From: Jimgerdemannia flammicorona
Taxonomy: Eukaryota
DNA: 32,278 nt
Direction of reading: 5' to 3'
Assembly: GCA_003990765.1 (NCBI GenBank)
Contig: RBNJ01000357.1
Location: 1 to 32,278, forward strand
The position numbers and the translations under genes were made by a program. Below are positions 22,830 through 32,278 of the stretch, one piece after another. A model generated the notes under the pieces. It was not told the DNA's origin and did no database searches. It worked only from the letters and a program-made list of their open reading frames with translations. Position 1 is the stretch's first letter, and the number at the start of each line of letters is the position of its first letter.

Positions 22830-22985
22830 GGCCGTCAACGCCTTCGCAAGGCTCTCGAACCCATCAAAACCTCCACTTCATTGAAGCTGAATATGATCGA
22901 AGATGAGGGCGCAACCACCTTTGCAAAGGCTCTCGAAACCAATAAAACTCGCGCCTCGTTTAATTTGGTATTGAATCGGATCGAA
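22830..22985 (+). pseudogene. Ribonuclease-inhibitor/NLRC3-like leucine-rich repeat fragment (~2 degenerate repeats)
   Basis: KALEPIKTSTSLKL--NMIEDEGATTFAKALETNKTRASFNLVLNRIE fits NxIGDEGAxxLAKALxxNxTLTSLxL. The DNA repeat aaggctctcgaa(c/a)cca occurs twice. No complete gene is visible. Confidence 0.65.
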
Positions 22986-23029
22986 ACAAAATACTCGGAA
23001 AGGAAAACAAGAGCGGAGAACCTGTATAT

Positions 23030-23737
23030 ATATTTTTTTTAATATATATATTCTCTTATAACTAAATATAACTATATCACATTATAAAATAATATATGTA
23101 TATACCTTTATTATACAATAGTTAGATTAATTTTTAGTTAATTTTTAATAGATAGATTGATATACAGTTAATAACTTTACAATAAATCTATTTAGACGAT
23201 TTTTTTTTTTTTTCTCAATAGTAACACTTACTGGTATCAATATTTAGCAGCTTATTAGTATTAACTACTAGTATATAAATTTTCTCTAAAAATTCTATAT
23301 TAGAGAGTTTGCACTATAAAGATTTTCTTTGTAAATTTAACAGAATTTTTTGTAGACCCCCCTCTAGAAGTAAAAGATTTTTGCTAATATGGGAGATTTT
23401 CATTAACTACTTTTTGGCCATCTGCAGTCTGAAACATTGATAAGATATATATATTATACAATATATACAGACCTAAGAGGGATGTTCTTGAAGCTATTTT
23501 AAGACTGTGAGCTATTATTATTATTATTGTATTAGCTATATATAAGATAAGTATTCATTATTATTGTATACTATATTCATTCCTAACTACTTGCATTTAT
23601 ATACTATTGTATTCACTCTATCTACCATACTTCTATACTTGTACCTGCCAAACTCACACCAGGTGTTGTACTCATATATAGCAGGCACTTTGATTGTGAG
23701 AAGTGTTATAATATAGAACAGAAGGAGAGTTTCATGT

Positions 23738-23740
<3 letters not shown>
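23030..23740. mobile_element. Very AT-rich, CpG-depleted degenerate repeat relic(s), unclassified
   Basis: Abrupt switch to TA-rich sequence after the LRR fragment, with a single CpG (23197). No recognisable translation. Confidence 0.4.
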
Positions 23741-23774
<34 letters not shown>

Positions 23775-23784
23775 TTTTTTGTTT

Positions 23785-23823
<39 letters not shown>

Positions 23824-25164
23824 GTTACTTGGACTCCTGGCTTTATTATCATATTCTATATTATATTAATTACAATATTCCATCCAACCTACTACTCAAT
23901 CTCCCTAAGAGGGACCCCACTAACTTCTATCTGTTTGAAGACCACTTGGCCCTCAATTACCTCTATTCAACCCCTGCTCTGTCTGTAGATCCCCTCAATA
24001 AGCCAGTAGTAACAGCTACTCTGAGGCCCCCAGCCCACCCACCAGCTAGTCAAGAGATCCTCCATCAGCCTATTCCATCTCAACAACCTCTCTGCAATAC
24101 TCAACTGCTGTCCTCCCTTAAATACAAAGAGCCAATATCTGGCCAGCCTTACCCAAATTGCCAAGACCCAGCTATATATAATCTACTCATTTCTTACTTT
24201 CTCTACAAGATGTTCCTTCAAATCCTCCCAATGATCCCTCACCTCTTCCCCTCTTATGGACCTCCAGGTACTCCTCTATAGTAATCTAGAAATTACTAAG
24301 TACCTTACACTCTCTCAGCCAATATTTAGATAATTGTACAAAACTCTCTTTCTGCCCCACATTAAGGTACTCCTTATACTCAAACTCTCCACTCTCAATC
24401 AAATATCTAGAGTGAAAGTTCAGCATAATATTTCTCCTTAGTATATACCACCATACCACCCAGAACTTGGGGGGAAGCCACCACTTGACCTCAGTACTCT
24501 AGGACTAAACTCTATCTCAATTCTACTCCTCATCTATATTAACACCCTGCCAGCCCACCAGCCATATGTCCAACCCTATCTCCCTCTGATACTCAATACT
24601 ATCTCCAATATCAAAGTCAATAAGAGGTGAGCCCTCAAGCAGAAGTCTATCTCAGTACTATATCACTGGCCCTCAATATAACTCTCTCTCATCACTCTAC
24701 TACTGTAGTCCAATATGATGCATCCCCACAGCAATCTCCTACCAGAATTCTTTGAAGTATAATCTCTCACTGTTCTGCAGGCCCACCAGTAATAGAAGAT
24801 CCCCCATAGAACTCCTTAGAGAAACCCTCAACTCCTACATCTTCTATATCAAAGAGACCTAGATACTCTCTTGCAATTTCACCACTCTTCTCAACCACCA
24901 GGTCCTCAAGTAATAGAACTTTCTCAGGAAATCTACTAGACCAAGACCACTATAGTTCACTGGTAGGAAAAGAGTTCTTCAGCTAATTTGACTTCTATAC
25001 TCTACTCAGATTCAATCCTTAGCTAACTTCAATAGCTATCATACTATCTAAGAAAAAAAGTCTAGATAGTAAGCCAAGTACCATATCTTTGATAGCCAAT
25101 AGATATTCAGAATTGCCACTCTATTAGCCAGAGAGATATAGTGCCCTCTCCAGCTCTAAAGTGT

Positions 25165-25167
<3 letters not shown>
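23741..25167 (-). mobile_element. 5'-truncated, heavily mutated non-LTR retrotransposon (L1/Tx1-like ORF2 C-terminal half plus poly(A) tail)
   Basis: The minus-strand pseudo-translation gives SWRGHYISLANRVAILNIYWLSKIWY (cf. LSLxGRVxLxNxxxLSKLWY), IS*RTLFLPVNYSGLGLVDF (cf. SWxxLxLPKxxGGLGLxD) and a zf-RVT-like LPPKFWVVWWYILRRNI...CGAERE...WLRECKVLSNF*. An ~80-nt T tract at 23741-23820 corresponds to the poly(A) tail. Confidence 0.82.
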
Positions 25168-25210
<43 letters not shown>

Positions 25211-25390
25211 AAATTGGTACTTACATACGCCCCAGACTTTCAATGTCGGATGTCATCGGATATCACCAATATACGCCATACCTCAATCCTACATTAAGCA
25301 CCATGGACCTTGTCAATCATACATCACACGAACACGCATCATGAACCTTGTCCAAATAAATGAGAGCGAGCATACCTTGAAGAAAACAGA

Positions 25391-25770
25391 TGTCAGAATT
25401 ATAGAGCCCACGCACGCATGTCAGCACCCGCGCATGTCAGAACGTATCCCGCGCATGTCAGTGCTATACCTATGCACATCAGCACTATAGCCCCTGTAGC
25501 ACCTGCGCATATCCTGCGCTGCGTATGTGGAATCATAGTGCCCGCACTAGTCAGAACATATCCTGCGCATGTCAGCAATACAACCCTGCGCAGTTGAGAA
25601 TTATAGTGCCCGCGCTAGTCAGAATGTATCCCGCGCATGTCAGCAATACAACCCCGTGCAGGTGAGAATTTTAGGGCCCGCGCATGTCAGAACATATCCC
25701 GCGCATGTCAGCCCTACAACCTCTGCGCATGTCAGCACTACAGCTCCTGCGCATCACCGCGCATCACCTG
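25391..25770. repeat. Minisatellite with a ~21-26-nt core (cc(c/t)gcgcatgtcag...) organised into 68-bp higher-order units (25530-25597, 25598-25665, 25666-~25733)
   Basis: Many gcgcatgtcag-like cores; gaat(c/t)(a/t)tag(t/g)gcccgc recurs at a 68-bp period. Confidence 0.85.
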
Positions 25771-27458
25771 GTGTTGGTCCTCTGCTTTTTCTGTGGCGTT
25801 TGCAGTCACTCCTTTATATCTGAATTTCGTCAAGTTAGTCGAGCTATTGGTGCTTGACGTTGCGTCATCTGCTCAACAATACTCTTCTGGAGTAGCTCTG
25901 ATCGTCCAGCGTACCACCTGAAAAGTTTTTCTAAATGACTGATCATACGATCTATGAAAAACTACAAATGGAATACAATAAATAATGGAAACTCGTTCAT
26001 AGATAACAATAAAGAGAAAACTGATATCAGAAACTTACCCTCAATCGTATAAACCCTTCTAACAATACTTTGAGTAAATATGTCACACTATGCTCATTCA
26101 GTGGAAATGTGAAACGGTCTATTTCCTGAAACCTATCACATAGTTATATGAAAGGTTGATGGTGTAGACCATGACTTGACAACCTATTGATTGAGAATTA
26201 TATCTTACGTCAGATTAGCATTAATAATAACAACAAATGTCTGTCAACATACCAACGATCTGGACACCGAGGACAAAAACCTTTTGCAGATCCTGATGGT
26301 TAGACCCTCTCAATGAAGTTAACAACAATCTGTTTAAGGCATGCTTCATGCCTCGCATTAGTTTCAATTTATCAACACATGCTTTGGTTCCATATAATTG
26401 CTTGCCAGGGGGTGCAAATTCTATAAGCATAACCTCTAGCTGATTCGAATAGAGAGATCCGATAACATCTGTTCTCTGACCTATTTGTACACGGTCTTCC
26501 TCTTCAATTTCATTATTCCGTTTTGCCGCAGAGGCAATGAGTGAATTTTCCCCCCTATGGTTAAGATAAGAATAATCTGTTAAAATTTCGCTATTAGGAG
26601 CAAGGTTCGTTCTGCCAGAGCGAGGACAACTTACCACTTCCATATCAATTTATCAGATAAACCCATCATAGTTTTCTCGAATATCAGCGAAAAAAACCAA
26701 ATGACAAACGAAGCTTCGAAAACCTCAGCAGAAATTGTATGCCCTTCTAAATAGGTGTGCACGCTTGCTCAAAAAAAAAAAAAAAAACACATGAAATCGG
26801 TTACGATAGATAGAGTGGCGGCGTGCCCAGGGACGAGCAGAGCGCAGAATTTGTGGACCTACGCCCGGCGACAGGCAACCCCCAAGCCGCTGAATTGCCA
26901 AGTCCGCGAGGCTGATGAGGAACGAGGAGTGGAAAGGCCCAAAAGTCAATACATACATATTCTGAGTAGCGATGTGAAGTCCGGTCAATCCACGAACATC
27001 AGGCGAATTGTCTGCTTCGCCAATTTCATGTAGCATATATAGATATCCTTTACCCAAATTTCGAATCATTTGTGTGCTATTGCCCTAAAGAAGATAGCGT
27101 ATCATTCCTAATGTCTCATAATTTTAAAGAAAAAAAGACGGCGAGGTAAAAGAAACACCTACCCCATTCTCACAGAGAAATTCAATGGCTTTTTGGTAAT
27201 TTGCCGGAATGTCGTTTTCCAGTGCGGCCAACATATGTTGGAAATCATCCTGCATCTCTTGCCATTCTTCTGTTGAGACTATCCGACTCTTGCCAGAAAG
27301 ATCGACTATGGCATCTTCCTCCCTAAGCATTAACTCTGTAACATTGAGTCCAGTACGCAACACATAATTGTTTGGATCTGCTATGTTTAACTTTCAATTA
27401 TATTCGTATTCGTTAGCCTTCAAATTATCACGATAGCTGCGTCACGTCCAGCAATATG

Positions 27459-27494
<36 letters not shown>

Positions 27495-27861
27495 TACATA
27501 TGTTTGGGAATTTAATATCTTTCCAAAATCTTTTAACCTCTGAATTATCCTGAGAACGAAGATAACTAAGTGTGAACATCGTACAGATGGTACTAGAAAT
27601 TGAGAATACAAGCAACGAATGTATATTTACCAAATTGAGTTCAAATGGTTCGATATATTCCTTAATATACTGTGGTATATCTGTAGATCAGATACGTCTA
27701 AGACATTGCTTATAGGTTTGGTACAGGGATGTCTTCTCGCTAAGGTCGATTTTTCTTCCACCCTGGACGAATTTCAGAAATTTGATGCAGGTCCACTCGC
27801 GCCAGAGTATGCTCGCGAAAAACGGAGACACGTCAGGGATTTCAATGGTGTCGTCGCTCAT
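25754..27861 (-). pseudogene. Multi-exon PD-(D/E)xK restriction-endonuclease-like gene (Crinkler-REase-type family), copy A, disrupted
   Basis: Spliced core LIWKW|GENSLIASAAKRN...GQRTDVIG...LEVMLIEFAP...TKACVDKLKLMRGMKHALNRL...VFVLGVQIV|GCQVMVYTINL...RFQEIDRFTFP...FIRLR|. Frameshifts near 27825 and 26138, and in-frame TGA stops near 27687 and in the last exon. Confidence 0.7.
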
Positions 27862-28084
27862 TTTGCTACGTTTGAGTGAAGTTTAACAAGAGAAATGGAG
27901 GAAGAGCATGCTCACCTAGCAGGCTCTCATGGCTCTCCGAACCCACTGAAATACCTATTACTATACTCACAGGAAATACAAGGCAGGGTAGAGATATGTG
28001 TTGAGCATGGATCTCAGTGGCGTATGGCGGCGTTTGGAATGTTTATTTATGAAGAAAAAGGTGATGTCACCAAATTCTGCCCAA

Positions 28085-28605
28085 TAGGGGGGCTACATGT
28101 AAATTTGCCTGCACGTAACTACGGGTTAAGGGATATATATTTTATACATAGTTTGTCTAATTTTGTAAAACTTCTTCTATACAATATATTAAAGAATATA
28201 TATAGAAATACCCCTATATATGATATCCATAATATTCTACTTTTTAGAGGGGTTTCTTTTTTTCCTAGGCTCTTGGGATGTTTCTGGTAATTCTCACTTC
28301 TTAGAGTTTAATTTCTGCTGACTTCATCCAGAAATATCTTCTTGATAAATTGCATTTATATTTTTGTTAAAATTATTGAAATTGACATATATATAGTTGT
28401 TGGTAAATTTCATAAGTAATTCTCTCTTTATCCAAATATTCTTGAATAGCTTTGATGTCAGATATTTTAAAAACATAAGGAGCAATTTTCTCTCCTTGTT
28501 CTTGTTTCAAAATGCTTCTGATCACACTATAGTTTTTGGGTTCCATCATAGATTTGATGTGAATTAGTTTCATATAGTTATTTTTATATAGGGATAGTCC
28601 TATGT
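28085..28605 (-). mobile_element. AT-rich CpG-free insertion relic with residual coding frame (28373-28600) and a TAGGGGGGCTACA terminus-like motif
   Basis: No CpG between 28124 and 28607, with a sharp composition border at ~28605. The product is unrecognised. Confidence 0.4.
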
Positions 28606-29110
28606 ATCGCACAACGTGATCGACGGACACAGCACTGGGCGAGAAAAGAGGTCCTTCTTGACACGATTCATCTTAAACCGCGCTCGTGCAAAATCATTGT
28701 TTTTAACATACCATTCGCAACATTCTTCTACGTAAGTCTCATCTAGCATCGAGTTCCATGTATTGTGTTTCGAAACAAGAATCGAAAACATTTGCCTGCA
28801 AAACAGTTTAAGAGATAGTTAGCACTGTGCTGTAGTGCCAAAGCTTTCCTTTTAGTTTCATTATCGTTGTGCGATGTATTTACAGCAATATTGATGCTCT
28901 ATACTCGCCTCGTGCCAAACTGTCATGTGCGGAGTTACATCCATTCGTGCGCAAGTACTTTTTCCACCGTCATCTCTTTTCCATCAGTTTCTTCCCCTTG
29001 ATTCGAGGGAATCAAACCGCTGAATTATTTCCTTAGCAACATCCCCAACTGCGTGTAGAATCCGTCCGTTTATCAACGGAAGCATTATCAACAATAGTCT
29101 GATTTTTTCG
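28606..29110 (-). pseudogene. Degraded gene fragment, possibly a protein kinase C-lobe plus downstream helical domain
   Basis: GDVAKEIIQRF...(frameshift)...EMTVEKVLAHEWM* resembles kinase subdomain XI (AKDLIxxLL...RxTxxExLxHxW). It is followed by NTWNSMLDETYVEE...SVDHVVRYI. Multiple stops and frameshifts. Confidence 0.35.
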
Positions 29111-29210
29111 ATTATATAAGTATATTGCAACAGGTTGATACTCTTGTCGCGGGAGGATTGATTTATTGACAGAAGGGATAGTGTTAGGAAGTTGTAGGTA
29201 GAACAATAAT

Positions 29211-30263
29211 TCATTTGTCTTCATAGATATTATCAAAAATCTCAAAAGGATCGCCCTTTTGCTTCTTTACATTTGGCGTCGTGGAGGTCAGTTGCGGTGG
29301 TGACGACGGCGGCGTTGGTGTGTGGTCTCGATTTGCGGAAATAAGCTGTCTGAGATATTTGTCTTGTTGTAGCAAAGTGCGCTAAGGTTCAAAGGATATC
29401 CCGATTAGCTTAAAGCACATAATACAGAATAAATACAAGAAAATAGTTGACTTACCCGCAAGGAGAGCAAGTTCAGAATGAAACGAGGCAAAAAGTCTTC
29501 CAAATTGGAGAGCGTCGTAGGAAGTTCGAAAGTAGCGAGTTGGTTGAAAAAATAAAATTCCGAAATCGGGTCATAACTCATGGAATATGCGATCCATCTA
29601 TGACCTGGTGTAAGTATCAATTGTCAGTACCAAAAATAGTCGATAAACATCACTGACATAGTCGGCTCGTCTCATACCTATGATTTGGAGGCCGATAAGG
29701 AACACTTCTTGCAGTGCTTTTTTTTTCAGCCCCAATCGCCACCAGAACATATCCACACAATCCTTCAAGGCGATTTTCAACTTGCATCGGTCCAATCTGC
29801 ATTTGTTGCCGCTGGTTGGCTCCGCGCTGTCTGAATTTCCAATTTCCAGCAAGAGTAACTCCACCTCATATCCGCGCATTTCCACTATCATGTCCATCTT
29901 CATGGTATCGTTGCAGAGAATCGAATATTTTGCATCCACATGGCGGCGCTTCCTCGCGGTGACAGCTTTGCATTCTTTTTCGATCCTGACGATCGGTAAG
30001 AAACCAGTCAATGAACACAGGAAGAGGAATAATATCACATCAAAAGGTCAAAAAGGTATGGTGAGTGAAAGAATAATGCAAAGTGGAATCCGGAGACTTA
30101 CCAATACACTTCGAACCGACCAATATCGAATTTTTCCAGTAAGTTTCCCAGCAAGGGTCCTAGAATCTTCATCACCACGTCCCGTTCTCTCAGATCCTGA
30201 ACTAGGATATTAATTTCCCGGGATAAAGTTTCTTCGCTATAAAAAAAAAAAAAAAAAAAAAAA

Positions 30264-30309
<46 letters not shown>

Positions 30310-31599
30310 TGTTATCTCATTATCCTACCTTTGAACTGAAGAACGCGATAAGACAGATGAACTTACAAATAACTGACGATTTCTGCCGCCAACCTTGCAT
30401 CTTCTCCATCAATACTCTCGAATGCCATCTTCCACGTTTTCAATGCAGCAATTGACATCTATGAATTACATCCATTGCGCTTAGAGCCAGTTCCACATGA
30501 AAAAGCATCGGTAGCTCAATATAACAGACAGCAAAAGCAGTTTACCAAACCATCCGGAGGATTTCCGATTATATTTCGCACTTTAGCATCTACAGCAGTC
30601 TTTTCCATCATCCTACGAGTGCGTTTAATGAGTATGCCGTGGTCACCCGTTTCTAAGATACGCCTCCATTCCACGTTGTTCCACTCTGCCAAGTCGATTA
30701 TCCTAGATTCGATAGACCTGTGGTTCAATTCCCAGACCTTTAGATCACGGTCCATATGAACATGCGCTAACGGAGGATTTTCAGAGAAACAAAAAATGAA
30801 ACTTACTGGACATGCGATCCACTTCTATTTAGTCTTGACATAACCTTTTCCCAAATTTCCTCGAGAGTGAATCCTGAATCCAAAATGAGCGACGAGAACT
30901 GACGTGTTGTATGTATTAGACTTATATCTTAAAGAATACGCATGACAAGGAAGAAGTGGTTCAAACTAGATACGTTACCCGATCTGTCGCCTGACTGTCG
31001 GTAACTAACAGCTCATGACTCATTCCATCGTCACCAGCTATTGACTCAGTCTCTCCCTCATCATCAACTATTGACTCACCGTCATTCTCAGTCTCTCCCT
31101 CCAAACTTAGCGAATCTGTGCGTCCACTCCTCTGCAAGAACGCACTCTTGACATTGGCGCTCATTACAATGTGTTCTTCCATAACGTGAAGTTTCACCTC
31201 GGTATCGAGTTTCTTCTGCATAGCCGCAATGATGGAATATATGAAATAATTGTCAGGTTTCATCAACTCCTTGTATCGTGCTCCAACGATCCCAACCTAT
31301 ACCTCTGACTCTTTTATCTGTTCGTGCCTTTCGAGATCCCGCCAAAAGGAAAGACACTGTGGCTGTTCAAAATCGGCTTTGGCCTTGGTGCGTAAACGTT
31401 TCGCGTTCTTCATTAAACTCGTCGGTGTTCGCGCTTTATTGTTGATTAAAAGACCGAGCGCGTCCAAGTAATCCTTTTCCGCAGCAGCACGGGCACCATG
31501 AGGGTATTTAAACTTGCGATAGAAATCCAGCACAGTCAAGCCATGGCCAATCCGTGACGCGATGAAATTGTATTTTTTGATAATGTCTGGTGAAGGCAT
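29211..31599 (-). CDS. Multi-exon PD-(D/E)xK restriction-endonuclease-like gene (Crinkler-REase-type family), copy B, nearly intact
   Basis: Spliced core DLRERDVVMKILGPLL...FEVYW|IEKECKAVTARKRR...MKMDMIVE...VELLLLEIG...NKCRLDRCKLKIALKDCVD...VFLIGLQII|GHRWIAYSM...YFFNQLATFELPT...LLSLR|, with canonical donors (GTAAGT x4, GTATGA). Possible lesions are a TAG at 31297-31299 (may lie in an 87-nt intron) and a 1-nt frameshift near 29340. Confidence 0.7.
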
Positions 31600-32053
31600 G
31601 TTGACGACAGAAACGCGCCTGTGGCTTTGATGACTGTGACGTCGAAATAATTTTTTTTTTCTTTCGACAACACACCTTAGGTTGTTGCCTCGACTTCCTT
31701 TGAATGTACTGGCCGGCGTATCTCCTTCATGTAAGTCCTCTTACTTGCGGGGAGGCCTTGAATGCGTCAGAATGGCTTTGCGGCTCGCGTCCTCCGCGCG
31801 TGACAAGATAGTGAACGATCAGCACCCTGCTCACGCAAAAAGCCTGCCGTTTGCTACCGCACTGCAACGTCTACTGGACACTCTTGCGTTTCGGCTATCT
31901 TGATGACCGGCGTATCTTCTTCATATGGGGCGTGCTGCAACAAAACCAGACAAAGTGAACATTAGGATGATGTTATGTTATTTTATTTATTTTTTTCAGA
32001 GCCACAAATACAATCGCTGTTATCCCTGCTCGAAGATAATAAAAAGGAACTGC

Positions 32054-32239
32054 TTATGCTTCGATTCTCCTATTCAATCTACGTCCGGTGTGTCTTAAAT
32101 ACATTTGAATTGGAAACATGATAATGCCAAGAATTACAGAAAAGAAAAGGCAGTAAACAAAGGTCACAATGGGATTGCCTGGTAATGAAGGTAGCCCGAA
32201 AACAATGCGGCGGGAGCGAGGAGAAAGACGGTGCAACAT
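32054..32239 (-). other. Short ORF with one hydrophobic segment, possibly the 3' end or relic of a membrane-protein gene extending past the window
   Basis: IVTFVYCLFFSVILGIIMFPIQMYL followed by basic residues; no family recognised. Confidence 0.2.
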
Positions 32240-32278
32240 GTAGAAATGAAGAAATGGGCATCCGCAACATCATAAAAA

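Noticed and set aside
23772..24281. 169-aa plus-strand ORF beginning with poly-Phe
   Set aside because: Translation of the poly(T) tract and the antisense strand of the LINE relic.
25391..25770. CRISPR-like reading of the GCGCATGTCAG array
   Set aside because: Cores are too short and degenerate, the linkers are themselves repeated at a 68-bp period, the context is eukaryotic and no cas genes are present.
616..31299. TAG reassigned to Gln (alternative genetic code), suggested by in-frame TAGs at 13770, 17923 and 31297
   Set aside because: The monooxygenase ends with TAG at the expected family C-terminus, no conserved domain of the intact genes contains TAG, and the relics also contain TAA/TGA stops. 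Mutation or splicing explains the cases better.
1..32278. tRNA, rRNA or other structured RNA genes
   Set aside because: None recognised by eye; a covariance-model scan was not possible.

Overview
Intron-rich fungal genomic DNA. The gene content (CarS/Tsp3-like carotenoid oxygenase, Pil1/Lsp1 family, expanded REase-like family) suggests Mucoromycota, possibly Endogonales; this is inference only. The left ~21 kb is gene-dense, and I could reconstruct seven spliced genes with consistent GT-AG phases: a phenol-hydroxylase-type FAD monooxygenase (-), Mediator MED22 (-), an aldehyde dehydrogenase (+), a 968-aa Pil1/Lsp1 BAR protein with a very long multi-repeat tail (-), a 95-aa two-RPEL protein (-), a PA-TM-RING-H2 E3 ligase whose frame continues past an internal TAG (-), and a CarS/Tsp3-like carotenoid cleavage oxygenase (-). 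A cryptic multi-exon pseudogene lies at ~16.1-17.6 kb (+). The right ~11 kb is an accessory/decay zone. It holds an RI-like LRR fragment, a 5'-truncated L1/Tx1-like LINE inside a ~2-kb stretch with no CpG and TGG->TAG/TGA damage (RIP-like), a 68-bp higher-order minisatellite, two tandem divergent PD-(D/E)xK-like (Crinkler-REase-type) paralogues with shared intron positions, and further relics. The best leads are (i) an apparent CpG/CpA C->T hypermutation process acting on TEs and genes in a probable non-Dikarya fungus, (ii) the tandem REase-like pair and (iii) the repeat-tailed eisosome protein. All calls come from manual reading; no searches were run.
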